Origin: Planctomycetota bacterium
GTDB lineage: Bacteria; Planctomycetota; UBA8108; UBA1146
DNA length: 64,000 bases
Reading direction: 5' to 3'
NCBI GenBank assembly: GCA_016776905.1
Contig: JADHSM010000007.1
Coordinates: 73,438 to 137,437 of the forward strand
A program made the position numbers and the translations under genes. The notes under the pieces are model-generated. The model did no database searches. It was not told the DNA's origin and worked only from the letters and a program-made list of their open reading frames with translations. This document shows, piece after piece, positions 1-9,891 of the stretch. The stretch's first letter is position 1. Each line of letters starts with the position of its first letter.

Positions 1-1396
1 TGTTGAAGGACCTCTGAGTACTTATGATCGATCTGGAGACTTTGGAGTCCTTGGCGATGGTCCATTGGATTACACGGAATTCTCTAAAATGGTCGAGCAA
101 CCAGATATCGCATTTGGTCCTATTGCCCTCGAACAAAAGCAGCAAATTTCTGATCTCGAATTGGAAATAGAAGATATTCAACTTGAGGTGGACGACCTTG
201 AGTCTGACGGTGAGGAACCTGAAGACTGGCTCGTTGAAGATCTCAAGGCGGCTCGGGGCCAGTTGCAGAAATTGCGCGAAGGTCAGGGTGAGCTCGAGGC
301 CATCGAAGCTGTATTTGCTAGGGGAGACGCTGGGGTTCTTTGGCCCCTTTATCGTCACGGCCCCTACAAAAACCGACTCGACCTTCCTGGAACTGCTCCG
401 CATTCTCCCTCACTCTATATTCCGGGATTGACGCCCAAGAGCCAGGTGGCTCGTTTAGGAGAAACTATCGGTGTGAATTATGGGGGACGCCCAGGTGTCA
501 GAGTCGAGGCCTTTAGTGATAAGGGTAATCCTCAGTCTCTTGAAACTGGAACCAAGTTCTACGTGGTCCAAGAAGAAACTGTCGCTGGAATAGTGCTCGT
601 GAGATTAGTGACAGAGGATGGTCAATCTGCGGATGCAGAAGTCATCTCTTTGACACCGGGAGCGACTTTGTTGGAAGGCTCACGCCTCGCAACAAGATTT
701 CTCGATACTTGGGAAGCTCCATTAGGGACGAGTGATGCGGGTATCGACGTGCTCCCTTTGTTGGCTTATGGCTTCAGAGTGAGTGTCGGTTTCTCGTTGA
801 TGGTTTTGATTGCAGGTTACCTGGTAGGAATTCTCGCTGGTGCTGTGATGGGATACTATGGCGGTTGGACCGATATTCTCTTGCAGAGGTTCATTGAGAT
901 CTGGGGATCCGTTCCCTTCCTTTTCTTGATCATGATCGTGGCCAGTATTATCGATCCCGGATTTTGGGTTTTGGTCTTCTTTCTCGTGATCTTGCGTTCT
1001 TGGATGGCGATTACTTATCAAATTCGTGGTGAGTTTTATCGTGAAAAGGCACGTGATTATGTCCAGGCTGCCATCGGGACAGGCGTCAGTGACATGGCAG
1101 TTATGATGCGTCACATTCTGCCGAACTCGATGGTCCCAGTGATCTCAAGAGCCCCCTTTTCATTCGTGACTTATATCAGCTCTTTGGTCTCTCTTGATTT
1201 CCTTGGCTTTGGTCTCCCTCCTACAGATCCTTCTTGGGGTCGCTTGCTCAATCAGGGATTCCAGTTCTTGACGACTTCGCCTCATTTGGTGTTTTTGCCG
1301 GTGATGGCAATGGCGACCACTCTCTTTTTGGTGGTCTTGATCGGCGAAGCCGTTCGCGAAGCTTTCGATCCCAAAGTCTTCTCGAGATTGAGGTGA
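1..1396 (+). CDS. Oligopeptide/dipeptide ABC transporter permease, OppC/DppC family. It is 5' partial: the reading frame is open to the window edge.
   Basis: The C-terminal half has the BPD-transporter TM2-core motif 'GYLVGILAGAVMGYYGGWTDILLQRFIEIWGSVPFLFL' and later TM segments. The frame is open upstream of the first ATG at 65. The stop TGA at 1394-1396 overlaps the next start. Confidence 0.8.
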   Translation, partial: VEGPLSTYDRSGDFGVLGDGPLDYTEFSKMVEQPDIAFGPIALEQKQQISDLELEIEDIQLEVDDLESDGEEPEDWLVEDLKAARGQLQKLREGQGELEAIEAVFARGDAGVLWPLYRHGPYKNRLDLPGTAPHSPSLYIPGLTPKSQVARLGETIGVNYGGRPGVRVEAFSDKGNPQSLETGTKFYVVQEETVAGIVLVRLVTEDGQSADAEVISLTPGATLLEGSRLATRFLDTWEAPLGTSDAGIDVLPLLAYGFRVSVGFSLMVLIAGYLVGILAGAVMGYYGGWTDILLQRFIEIWGSVPFLFLIMIVASIIDPGFWVLVFFLVILRSWMAITYQIRGEFYREKARDYVQAAIGTGVSDMAVMMRHILPNSMVPVISRAPFSFVTYISSLVSLDFLGFGLPPTDPSWGRLLNQGFQFLTTSPHLVFLPVMAMATTLFLVVLIGEAVREAFDPKVFSRLR

Positions 1397-2427
1397 TGTC
1401 GATGTCCAATGAAGCCCACAAAAAGAAACCGATAGAAGATAAGCCGGAACCCCTCGTCAGTGTCCGTGATTTGCATACAGATTTTACGGTCGAGGGAAAA
1501 ACGGCTCAGGCTGTTGACGGAGTCAGTTTCGACATCATGCCCGGAGAAGTTCTGGGTTTGGTGGGCGAGTCAGGTTGTGGTAAATCCGTGACCGCATTGA
1601 GCCTTTTGAAACTGATACCAGATCCTCCTGGGAAGATTCGCAGTGGGGCCGCGATCTATAATGGCCAAGATCTTCTCGCGATGAGCTACGACGAGATGCG
1701 GAAGATTCGTGGTAACGAGATTGCCATGATTTTCCAAGAACCCATGACAGCACTGAATCCTGTTTTCACAATAGGTTTTCAGATGCGAGAGGCGATCCAG
1801 CATCACACGGGTGCTTCTAAAACTGAGGCTAATAATCAAGCCGTCGAAATGCTGGAAAAAGTGGGCCTTCCTGACGCGAGAGCTCGCCTCGATAATTATC
1901 CCCATCAATTCTCTGGTGGAATGCGTCAACGGGTGATGATTGCGATGGCTTTGTCATTGCACCCTGCTCTTTTGATAGCAGATGAACCTACGACTGCACT
2001 CGACGTAACGATTCAGGCGCAGATCCTGGATTTGATGTTGAACATGAAGTCCCAACGTGAAGGTGCTTCCATTCTTTTGATCACGCACGACTTGGCGGTC
2101 GTGGCTGAAACATGTGATCGAGTGGTGGTGATGTACGGCGGGAAAATCCAAGAAGTTGCTCCGGTCAAAGAGTTGTTCAGGAATCCAATGCACCCATACA
2201 CGCGTGGGTTGTTACGCAGCCTGCCAAGGCCTGAATTGGATTCTGAACAGGAAGAACTGGAAACGATACCTGGAATCGTACCGAGTATTTTTGACTGGCC
2301 TCCGGGTTGTCGCTTTTCAACGAGATGCCCTTTGGTGGAGGACCGGTGTCGCCAAGAAGTTCCTGAACTTCGGGACATGGGTTCGGGTCATTGGGTACGT
2401 TGTCATCTGGCGGGAGAACAAGCATGA
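1396..2427 (+). CDS. oppD: Oligopeptide ABC transporter ATP-binding protein, OppD-like.
   Basis: Walker A 'GESGCGKS', ABC signature 'FSGGMRQRVMIAMAL', Walker B 'LLIADEPTTALD', and a C-terminal oligopeptide ABC Cys motif. The ATG at 1396 overlaps the oppC TGA (TGATG) with a GAGG Shine-Dalgarno upstream. The track ORF's N-terminal extension from 1234 overlaps oppC and is unlikely to be translated. Confidence 0.88.
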   Translation: MSMSNEAHKKKPIEDKPEPLVSVRDLHTDFTVEGKTAQAVDGVSFDIMPGEVLGLVGESGCGKSVTALSLLKLIPDPPGKIRSGAAIYNGQDLLAMSYDEMRKIRGNEIAMIFQEPMTALNPVFTIGFQMREAIQHHTGASKTEANNQAVEMLEKVGLPDARARLDNYPHQFSGGMRQRVMIAMALSLHPALLIADEPTTALDVTIQAQILDLMLNMKSQREGASILLITHDLAVVAETCDRVVVMYGGKIQEVAPVKELFRNPMHPYTRGLLRSLPRPELDSEQEELETIPGIVPSIFDWPPGCRFSTRCPLVEDRCRQEVPELRDMGSGHWVRCHLAGEQA

Positions 2428-3482
2428 GTTCAGAACCTCAAAAGCCAGTCACCGATGATACGATTTTGGAATTGGATGACCTGAAAGTTTGGTTTCCAGT
2501 TCACGGAGGTGTGTTATCGCGTCATGTCGGTGACGTGAAAGCCGTTGACGGAATCTCGCTCAAAGTTAAAGCGGGAGAAACACTCGGAGTTGTCGGTGAG
2601 TCTGGCTGTGGAAAAAGCACCCTGGGCAAAGCGATCATGGGTTTGGTCCCGGTCACTTCTGGAAAGATCCACTTTGAGAGCGAACGCGGTAAAGTTGAAT
2701 TGAGTGGACTGAGCCGCAGGGCTTATCGGCCCTACAGAAGTGAAATACAAATGGTCTATCAAGACCCTTTTTCCTCACTCAATCCCCGCCTTTCGGTGCA
2801 AGAAATCGTCGAAGAACCGCTCAAGGTTCATCAGACTCATATGAGTTCTGAAGAAAGACGACTTCGAGTCGAAGAACTGCTCGAAAAGGTTGGCCTTCGT
2901 CGTGAACAAGCAGAGCGATATCCTCATGAGTTTTCTGGAGGTCAGCGCCAAAGGATCGGTATCGCACGTTCTTTAGCCACGAATCCACGTGTGATTATTG
3001 CGGATGAACCTGTGAGTGCTCTGGATGTGTCTATCCAGGCTCAGGTCATCAATCTGATGCGTTCATTGCAAAGAGAACTCGATCTCACGATCGTCTTTAT
3101 TGCCCATGATATATCCGTAGTTCAGCACGTCTCAGATCGGGTTGCGGTGATGTACTTGGGCAATCTGGCAGAAGTCGGTCGAACCCATGAGATCTTCAGC
3201 GCACCGACGCATCCATACACAAGAGCTTTGCTCAGTGCGGTACCCAGACCAGATCCTGACCTCAAACGTGAAAAAAGGTGGGTTCTCGAAGGCGATGTGC
3301 CCAGTCCGATGGCGAAGCCCAGCGGCTGCGGATTCAGAACCCGTTGTCCCATCGCGCAAGAGGATTGCGCCCGCGACGTCCCAGTGATGGCGACAGTGGG
3401 AGATCAGCACCGAGCCGCTTGTCCTCATGCAGGTCGATTCGAAGAGTTGCTCGAAGAGCGGTCTTCAAACAAGGGTTCCTAG
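2424..3482 (+). CDS. oppF: Oligopeptide ABC transporter ATP-binding protein, OppF-like.
   Basis: Walker A 'GESGCGKST', signature 'FSGGQRQRIGIARSL', Walker B 'IIADEPVSALD'. There is an ATGA overlap with the oppD stop. Confidence 0.88.
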   Translation: MSSEPQKPVTDDTILELDDLKVWFPVHGGVLSRHVGDVKAVDGISLKVKAGETLGVVGESGCGKSTLGKAIMGLVPVTSGKIHFESERGKVELSGLSRRAYRPYRSEIQMVYQDPFSSLNPRLSVQEIVEEPLKVHQTHMSSEERRLRVEELLEKVGLRREQAERYPHEFSGGQRQRIGIARSLATNPRVIIADEPVSALDVSIQAQVINLMRSLQRELDLTIVFIAHDISVVQHVSDRVAVMYLGNLAEVGRTHEIFSAPTHPYTRALLSAVPRPDPDLKREKRWVLEGDVPSPMAKPSGCGFRTRCPIAQEDCARDVPVMATVGDQHRAACPHAGRFEELLEERSSNKGS

Positions 3483-3492
3483 CCCCCCCCCC
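3483..3492. repeat. Homopolymeric C(10) tract immediately after the oppF stop codon.
   Basis: The sequence 'tagcccccccccc' is read directly. It is intergenic, between convergent genes. Confidence 0.9.
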
Positions 3493-3632
3493 GGCTGACC
3501 CCGTCATAACTCCCATAAGATCTCTTATCGGAACAAATAGAGAGAGCGAGGTTTTCTCCTCTCTCCACTAGGGACGTTGTGTTTGCCTATGGATCAGTCT
3601 GTTCACAACGTTCTGTGGGCATACCGTCGATA

Positions 3633-5168
3633 TTAGTTGCGTGGGAAATGTCCTTCTGTGCGTCGCTTGAGGATCACGTCGAGGCGATCTCTGGCTTCTT
3701 TTGCGGATATATCCACTCCATACATCCATTTCGCTTGTCGTCGTGCTTGTGCTGCAAAGAAGTCCAATCCATCGATCACTGTGAGGGATCGATGGTGAGC
3801 GAATTGAGATGTGATGACAGAAGGATCGCGTGAGTAATCCAGATCCATGAAGACCTCGCCCTGGAATAGATTCAAATCCCATGGCCAATCGACAGTGCTT
3901 TCAGGATCTGTGCCCGTGGCATTGATCAGCGTTGTCGCCGACCTCAGAGTGTCGTCGTCAGAACTCCAATGGAGTTCTGGGTATTGGGTGCTGTTTTCTT
4001 GAGCGGATCGTGACAGGAGCTGTGCTTCGCCCCCTGCATTCTGGATGGCGTGCGCCAGTGATAACGCAGCACCGCCTCCACCCATGATCACGATCCTTGT
4101 GATCGATACCTCGCGGTCTTCTAAGAGGTCGAGAGCCGCTATTCCATCTGTACTCGTTCCTTGCCAACGATTCTCTGCGGACTTGAGCAATGTATTCCAT
4201 GCGGGCATGCCTTCGGCGAATGAATCGACGCCAAGGCCTTGAGTCCTCGCCCATTTTTTATGAGGTGCGGTGATGGCGATCGCATCGAAGTTAAGCGGCG
4301 TTTCGTTGGTCAGTATCTCGTCAGGATGTTCAGTCGACCAATGATGAAACCTTGCCGGTATCTGATAATCAGCGAGAACTGAATTATGCCAGTCGGGAGA
4401 GAGACTCTGTGAGACTTGATGTCCAATGACGACAAATCGTTTTTCGACATGAGAGATACGGGGCCATTGATATCGGTGGATCACTTCAGAGATCCCTGGG
4501 ATCTTATCATTTCCAGTTTTATCCTCGTCAGCTGTGAGGTAACCCCAGGGTTGTCCTTCTTCAAGAGCGCTCAGTCGATCCGCATCTCCATGACCAGAAA
4601 GGCAAAATGCGACGCAGGGGAAATCGGTGTCTCTGCAGAGTTGGAGAAGTCGTGTTCGTGTTGAGAGAGAGGTTTCGCTTGGGAAAACTATTTTGAGACC
4701 ACGTGCACCCGCGTTCTTCGCTTCATCTCTCAACATAGTCGCCAGAGATAGATCAGGGGTTTCCAAATGACGTGACATGATCCATGGAATGTCGTCGGGA
4801 GCGGGTGCGTCCGTGGTGGGATCCACGTCGATCCAACCCCCCAATTTCCGACAGAGAGCATCTCTTTTCAGAGTACGAGCTTCATTTCCAAAATGACCTC
4901 GATCGGTCACTATGACAGGAGCCGTCAAAGGCGGTCTTTTTTGAGGAAAGTCCCCTTCCCAGAGATCGAGACGGAGTTCGTAACTGATATCCATAGACGT
5001 ATCTGGGTGCGAATCGGGCGTGGAGGTTCCGGGGAACTCTCCTTCTGGGAGTCTGTTGAGCACCATGTACCAGCCATTAGGAATATGACTCATGAAAAAT
5101 CTTTCAAAGTGACTCCTCTTGAAGGGATTTGGGACTGGTAACAGTTCTTCCCTGAGGTATGATGGCAT
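3633..5168 (-). CDS. aroDE: Bifunctional 3-dehydroquinate dehydratase (type I) / shikimate dehydrogenase, AroDE-like.
   Basis: The C-terminal half has AroE motifs: 'SLSPDWHN' (SxSPxxHN), 'ITAPHK' (NxTxPxK), and the Rossmann motif 'IMGGGGAALSLAHAI'. The roughly 230-aa N-terminal half is consistent with a type I DHQase-like TIM barrel. Confidence 0.75.
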   Translation of the reverse strand: MPSYLREELLPVPNPFKRSHFERFFMSHIPNGWYMVLNRLPEGEFPGTSTPDSHPDTSMDISYELRLDLWEGDFPQKRPPLTAPVIVTDRGHFGNEARTLKRDALCRKLGGWIDVDPTTDAPAPDDIPWIMSRHLETPDLSLATMLRDEAKNAGARGLKIVFPSETSLSTRTRLLQLCRDTDFPCVAFCLSGHGDADRLSALEEGQPWGYLTADEDKTGNDKIPGISEVIHRYQWPRISHVEKRFVVIGHQVSQSLSPDWHNSVLADYQIPARFHHWSTEHPDEILTNETPLNFDAIAITAPHKKWARTQGLGVDSFAEGMPAWNTLLKSAENRWQGTSTDGIAALDLLEDREVSITRIVIMGGGGAALSLAHAIQNAGGEAQLLSRSAQENSTQYPELHWSSDDDTLRSATTLINATGTDPESTVDWPWDLNLFQGEVFMDLDYSRDPSVITSQFAHHRSLTVIDGLDFFAAQARRQAKWMYGVDISAKEARDRLDVILKRRTEGHFPRN

Positions 5169-5567
5169 TCAGTTGGTCAGGACATCAACCTGGATCAACT
5201 CAGTTCTCCCCCCCATGAATACGAAGTGTTGTACAGCATTTCTGTGGAACCCCTTTTGAGATACGTATTTATTAAGGTTGGGAAAACAGGGCCTTCTAAT
5301 CCTGAAATCGTCAGTTATGTGGATGGCCATTCCTGTAAGTAAATTTTAGAGATTTCGGATCTGTCCGAATATCAAGGACGCGTTCCTGCTCTGATTTTAA
5401 CCGACAGAATCGACGAAAACCCTACTGCACTAATGTGTATCCGGGTTTCAGATCCTAAATCAGCCATATGGATGTTGTACTCTAGTGTGACTCCATGATC
5501 TTGATCAATGCTTGAACTCGCCCTCTAGGCATGAATAGCGATCAAGAAGTAACTCCAAGGAGATCGT

Positions 5568-6977
5568 TTGAACCAGGAGAACTCTTCTTCGAAGTCCTCA
5601 TCCAGCAATGGTGGATCAGGGCGTCGTCGTCGACCCAGTCGTGGCCGAGGTCGCAACTCATCCTCTAGCCCATCCTCTGACTCATCATCGGGAGGACGCT
5701 CAGCATCGGGAGGACGCTCGGCATCGGGAGGACGCTCGGCTCAGTCGAAGCGCAGAGGCGGCGGAGGCGGAGGTCAACGTCGTCAGCACGGTCGCTCACG
5801 CCGTGAAGTCTCCAATGAAGGCCTCGCTGCTTTCGGCCAGCCTCCTCAGGGGAAACCCGTCCATATTCCTGAAGGGACTCGCGTCAGGGGAATTCTCGAA
5901 GTTGTAAATCAAGGTTTTGGTTTTCTTCGTTCGGTCGACAAGTCCTTTAGGATTCGCCCCGAAGATGTGCATGTCGGCAAAAACCTGGTACAAAAATTTG
6001 GGCTCCAGACGGGTCATTATATGGTGGGAGTTGTAGGCGGATCTGCAGGAAAAGGTCGAGGCCCCAGTTTGGGTCGGATCGAGTCTGTGGATGGTGACCC
6101 ACCCGAGTTAGTTAAAAAGAGAACGCATTATAAAGAGATGACCAGTATCGATCCGACGGATCGATTTCTCCTCGGTGAAACTGGCGACATCTCTATGAGA
6201 CTCGCCGATCTGATTTCTCCGATTGGCAAAGGGCAGCGAGCCCTCATCGTCGCTCCTCCTCGCACAGGCAAAACAGTACTCCTGCAAAAGATGGCTCAGT
6301 CGATTATCGAAACCCATCCCGAAACCATGGTGCTGGCTCTTCTTGTGGATGAACGACCCGAGGAAGTGACGGACTGGAAGCGATCGGTGAAGGCAGAGGT
6401 TTATGCCTCTTCCAGTGATGAGACTTCTAAATGTCATGTGCGTGTTTCTGAGATTGTTCTTCAGCGTTGTCACAGGCTCTTGGAAGCGAAGTGCGATGTT
6501 GTGTTGTTGATGGATTCTCTCACTCGTTTGGGGCGAGCCTACAACCTTGAGACGGCTCATAGTGGAAGAACCCTTTCTGGCGGTGTAGACGCTAAAACCT
6601 TAGAGAAGCCGAAAGCGATCTTTGGTGCTGCAAGAAACGTTGAGGGTGGCGGTAGTTTAACGATCATTGCGACCGCTTTGATCGAAACCGGAAGTCGCAT
6701 GGACGAAGTGATCTTTGAAGAATTTAAAGGAACTGGAAATATGGAGTTGGTGTTGTCGCGCAAGCTGGCAGATCAACGAGTCTTCCCAGCCATCGATGTG
6801 ACTCTTTCTGGTACACGGAAAGAGGAAAAGTTATATAGCTCTGAAGAAATCGATCAGATATGGAAGTTGCGTCGAGTCTTGACCAGTGTCAGTCCTGTTG
6901 AGGGCATGGAGCTGTTAAGTCAGAGAGTCGGTGCATTCCAGGATAACGCGGAGTTCCTTCACTCTCTCGGAGGGTGA
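5568..6977 (+). CDS. rho: Transcription termination factor Rho with an about 90-aa N-terminal Arg/Ser/Gly-rich low-complexity extension.
   Basis: RecA-type ATPase core '[22 protein letters not shown]' and '[12 protein letters not shown]', plus the Q-/R-loop regions. TTG start at 5568 with an AAGGAG Shine-Dalgarno 8 nt upstream. A 400-nt leader precedes it. Confidence 0.93.
   Translation: MNQENSSSKSSSSNGGSGRRRRPSRGRGRNSSSSPSSDSSSGGRSASGGRSASGGRSAQSKRRGGGGGGQRRQHGRSRREVSNEGLAAFGQPPQGKPVHIPEGTRVRGILEVVNQGFGFLRSVDKSFRIRPEDVHVGKNLVQKFGLQTGHYMVGVVGGSAGKGRGPSLGRIESVDGDPPELVKKRTHYKEMTSIDPTDRFLLGETGDISMRLADLISPIGKGQRALIVAPPRTGKTVLLQKMAQSIIETHPETMVLALLVDERPEEVTDWKRSVKAEVYASSSDETSKCHVRVSEIVLQRCHRLLEAKCDVVLLMDSLTRLGRAYNLETAHSGRTLSGGVDAKTLEKPKAIFGAARNVEGGGSLTIIATALIETGSRMDEVIFEEFKGTGNMELVLSRKLADQRVFPAIDVTLSGTRKEEKLYSSEEIDQIWKLRRVLTSVSPVEGMELLSQRVGAFQDNAEFLHSLGG
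5687..5740 (+). repeat. Three perfect or near-perfect 18-bp tandem repeats (catcgggaggacgctcrg) inside the rho N-terminal region.
   Basis: Read directly. They encode SGGRSA three times. Confidence 0.95.
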
Positions 6978-7010
6978 TCTACCACTTGTGCCCCACTGAA
7001 AAGTTTCCCC

Positions 7011-7802
7011 TCAGAGTCGAGCGTCCAGTCTTCGTGTATCGACAGCAAACTGTCCGATTTTGAGACGTGGGCTTTCTCGGTGAAGGTCTGATCCTCCACA
7101 GGCTCCTAGTTCGTGTGTTTCCTGAAACTCTCTCGCCACTTTGCGATGAGGGGTCCCTAGATTTTTATAAAGACTTTCCACTCCGTCGAGACCTGCTTTT
7201 ATAAGTCTTTCGCCATGGGTTCTGATCTGGTCTGCCTGAGGGTGTGCCCAATAAGTGAGCCCGTCCAGCTCGTGGACTTGTTGGAATGCTTCTTCGGCTG
7301 TGATTTGTGGTCGCCGAAAGATGCCTTGGCGCAGCCATTGTCGAAATGCCTGCCCCGCAGAATCGCAAAGGCCTCCACGTATCAATGCACGTGCGACATG
7401 CGATCGGCACGGAACCGAAGATCCTGTTTCTGCTTCAAAGTCTTTCCAAAGAAGTGGAACTCCTGATTCCCGCAGCTGGCTTACTCCGTTGAGCACTCTT
7501 TCTTTGCGGTCGGTCTCCAGCAATCGCCCCCAGCTCAGGATTTCGCCCGTTAAGCCTTTTGGGAAATAGGCCAACATGTGCAGGTCTGAGTCTCCGACTT
7601 GGCAAGACATTTCTATTCCGGGTAGTAGACGCATCGTTTTTGGAAGAACGAGGTCAGAGGAATACGCTCCGAATGTGTCATGGTCACAGAAAGAGAGAAG
7701 GCAAAGGCTTTTGGCGGAACGATCGATGAGTTCCTGTGCCGTATGTGCCCCATCACTATTGATGGTGTGGACGTGCAGGTCGGCACGATGTGTAGATCTC
7801 AT
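7011..7802 (-). CDS. PHP-domain phosphoesterase, TrpH/YciV (RNase AM)-like.
   Basis: N-terminal 'DLHVHTINSDGAHTAQELIDRS' PHP metal-binding motif, with a size typical of TrpH/YciV. The probable start is the second Met, giving a TAATG overlap with the gltX stop. Confidence 0.7.
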   Translation of the reverse strand: MRSTHRADLHVHTINSDGAHTAQELIDRSAKSLCLLSFCDHDTFGAYSSDLVLPKTMRLLPGIEMSCQVGDSDLHMLAYFPKGLTGEILSWGRLLETDRKERVLNGVSQLRESGVPLLWKDFEAETGSSVPCRSHVARALIRGGLCDSAGQAFRQWLRQGIFRRPQITAEEAFQQVHELDGLTYWAHPQADQIRTHGERLIKAGLDGVESLYKNLGTPHRKVAREFQETHELGACGGSDLHRESPRLKIGQFAVDTRRLDARL

Positions 7803-9271
7803 TATTCTCTCAATATTTCGCAAGCACGATCGATGCGTTCGACGGATTTTTGCGCTCCGAGGGCTCCGATCACTTCAATTAAGTCGGGGGAGTCTTTTCT
7901 TGAAGTGAGTGCGAATCGCAACGGCATAAAGAGGAAGGGTTTTTTCCAACCGTGCTGGGAGATTAAATCATCGAGTCCCGAGGCGATGGCGTCATGCTGG
8001 AATGAAGCCAGTGATCCAAAGAACTCCGAAGCCGCTTTTAATGCCGAAAGAGATGTCTCTGCATCGCTTTTCTTCGGTATGAGATCTTCTTTTGTTGGAG
8101 GCTCTGGTGTTTGGAAAAACCAGCTGGTTTTATCGGTGAACTCTCCTAGGCGTGTCAGTCGCTCTGTCATCATGGGCAAGATCTCAAGGATCCGTTCTTT
8201 GGATTCTCCTTCAGGCCCAAATCCCTCTGATAGAATACGGTCTGCCAAAGTATCTATAGGAAGTTTGCGGATATGCATCCCGTTGAGCCAGTCCAGTTTC
8301 GTCATGTCGAAAATCGGAGCACCTGTCGAGAGTTTTTCAATGCGGAATTGCTCTTCAAAAGTCTCCATATCAAAGACTTCGTTGTCGTCTTCAGGGGCCC
8401 AACCCATCAACGCAAGGAAGTTTAAAAGAGCTTCCGGAAGGTAGCCTTCCTGGCGAAACCAATTGAGGCTGACCGGATTTTTACGCTTTGAGATTTTGCT
8501 CTTGTCTGCATTCCTAAGGAGAGAGACGTGAACAAAGGTCGGAAGAGGCTCGTCGAGGGCTTCGTAGAGCAGCACGTGTTTGGGAGTCGAAATTAACCAC
8601 TCCTCAGCACGGATCACATGAGTGATGCCAAAAGAGATGTCGTCAGCGACATTGGCCAAATGGTAAGTCGGGAAACCGTCTGTTTTGATCAGAACTTGGT
8701 CATCTATCTCAGCGTTTGAGACACGAATTTCTCCTCGAAGACGATCTTTGAAGACGGTCTCTCCACTATTTGGAACTTTCAGTCGAATGACATGGGATTC
8801 TCCGTCACGGGCTCTTCGTTCAGAGTCTTCAGCAGAAATTTCTCGACAAGCACCGTCGTAGCCCAAACGTTGTTTATTCGCTTTTTGATCTTCTCTCAGT
8901 TTAGAGATGCGATCTGCGGTACAGAAACAGCGATAAGAATGGCCACTCGCCATGAGTCGTTCGATCAATGATTGGTAATGTTCGAGCCGTTCGCTTTGGC
9001 GATATGGGGCGTGAGGGCCGCCTTTGTCTGGGCCTTCGTCCCAATTGAGGCCGAGCCATTCTAGGGCGTGAAAGATTTGGTCCTCACTGGTGGCTTGATA
9101 TCGAGATCTGTCCGTATCGTCGATGCGCAGGAGGAATTGCCCTCCTCCTTGACGTGCGTGAGTTCTATTGAAGAGAGCGACGTACGCGGTTCCGACGTGG
9201 GGATCTCCGGTTGGGCTAGGAGCCACCCGCACTCTGGGAGGATGATTTGAAGAAGTTTCTGAAGCACTCAT
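7802..9271 (-). CDS. gltX: Glutamyl-tRNA synthetase.
   Basis: Class I HIGH-type motif 'PSPTGDPHVGTA' and KMSKS-type 'KISKRK'. Confidence 0.9.
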   Translation of the reverse strand: MSASETSSNHPPRVRVAPSPTGDPHVGTAYVALFNRTHARQGGGQFLLRIDDTDRSRYQATSEDQIFHALEWLGLNWDEGPDKGGPHAPYRQSERLEHYQSLIERLMASGHSYRCFCTADRISKLREDQKANKQRLGYDGACREISAEDSERRARDGESHVIRLKVPNSGETVFKDRLRGEIRVSNAEIDDQVLIKTDGFPTYHLANVADDISFGITHVIRAEEWLISTPKHVLLYEALDEPLPTFVHVSLLRNADKSKISKRKNPVSLNWFRQEGYLPEALLNFLALMGWAPEDDNEVFDMETFEEQFRIEKLSTGAPIFDMTKLDWLNGMHIRKLPIDTLADRILSEGFGPEGESKERILEILPMMTERLTRLGEFTDKTSWFFQTPEPPTKEDLIPKKSDAETSLSALKAASEFFGSLASFQHDAIASGLDDLISQHGWKKPFLFMPLRFALTSRKDSPDLIEVIGALGAQKSVERIDRACEILRE

Positions 9272-9891
9272 GATCCATCTCGTTCCTTCAAGAGGGTTTC
9301 AACCCAACGTCCGAAGTGATCCATTTCAAGATTGAGGAGGTCTCCCACTTTTCTCTGGCCGAAGGCGGTGACTTCTAGGGTGTGGGGAATCAGTGCGACT
9401 GAAAAATGGTGAGGATCGCTGTCTACGACTGTAAGGCTCACGCCATCTAGGGTGACGGAACCTTTGGCGACGGTTCTGAATGGGGCGTCAGCAGGGACTG
9501 AAATGTCCCAAATCACTTCACCGTCATTTTCCTTGATCGATTTCAGGGTCCCTAAGGTATCGACGTGACCGGTCACGTAGTGCCCCCCCATTCGATCCCC
9601 CATTCGGAGCGCTCGCTCTAAATGAACACCTTCTCCTATTTGTCTCTGACCCAAGCTGGTGCATCTCATAGTTTCAGGGATAACGTCAAATCCGAGGGTC
9701 GTCCCTTGGGAGACGAGGGTCAAGCAAGCCCCATTGACGGAGATACTCTCTCCCGCCTCCAGGTCCTCCCAAGGGGCGAGGTTTCCGGACATCGAGGAGA
9801 TGGGAGTGGATTCCAGATCCAGCCGAATTCCGGCAGGATGAGGGGTAAATGAGGCTATTTTGTGGGTTCTTTCAACAAGTCCTGTAAACAC
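9268..9891 (-). CDS. ribE: Riboflavin synthase alpha subunit.
   Basis: 'MFTGLVE' start, duplicated lumazine-binding halves ('GACLTLV', 'GVSLTVV'), and about 200 aa. Confidence 0.85.
   Translation of the reverse strand: MFTGLVERTHKIASFTPHPAGIRLDLESTPISSMSGNLAPWEDLEAGESISVNGACLTLVSQGTTLGFDVIPETMRCTSLGQRQIGEGVHLERALRMGDRMGGHYVTGHVDTLGTLKSIKENDGEVIWDISVPADAPFRTVAKGSVTLDGVSLTVVDSDPHHFSVALIPHTLEVTAFGQRKVGDLLNLEMDHFGRWVETLLKERDGS

Noticed and set aside
1234-1395. An N-terminal extension of oppD overlapping the end of oppC. Similar cases are the 42464 start of moxR inside mazG, the 26-codon 'MCRYS…' extension of pgk, and the skp start at 54505 overlapping dnaB.
   Set aside because: Internal starts with Shine-Dalgarno motifs, and the common 4-nt stop/start overlaps, give more parsimonious gene boundaries than the maximal ORFs.
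5608-5907. An alternative-frame ORF over the rho repeat region, with a translation containing HREDA repeats.
   Set aside because: It is the +1 frame of the same tandem DNA repeats. The rho frame continues into an unmistakable Rho ATPase core, so the alternative frame is an artefact.
7680-8444. A 254-aa plus-strand ORF antisense to gltX. Similar shadow ORFs include 722..1114, 6108..6560, 28771..28980 and 33907..34347.
   Set aside because: These lie entirely inside strongly supported genes on the other strand. Their translations are low-complexity and Arg/Ser-rich with no motif. They are typical shadow ORFs.
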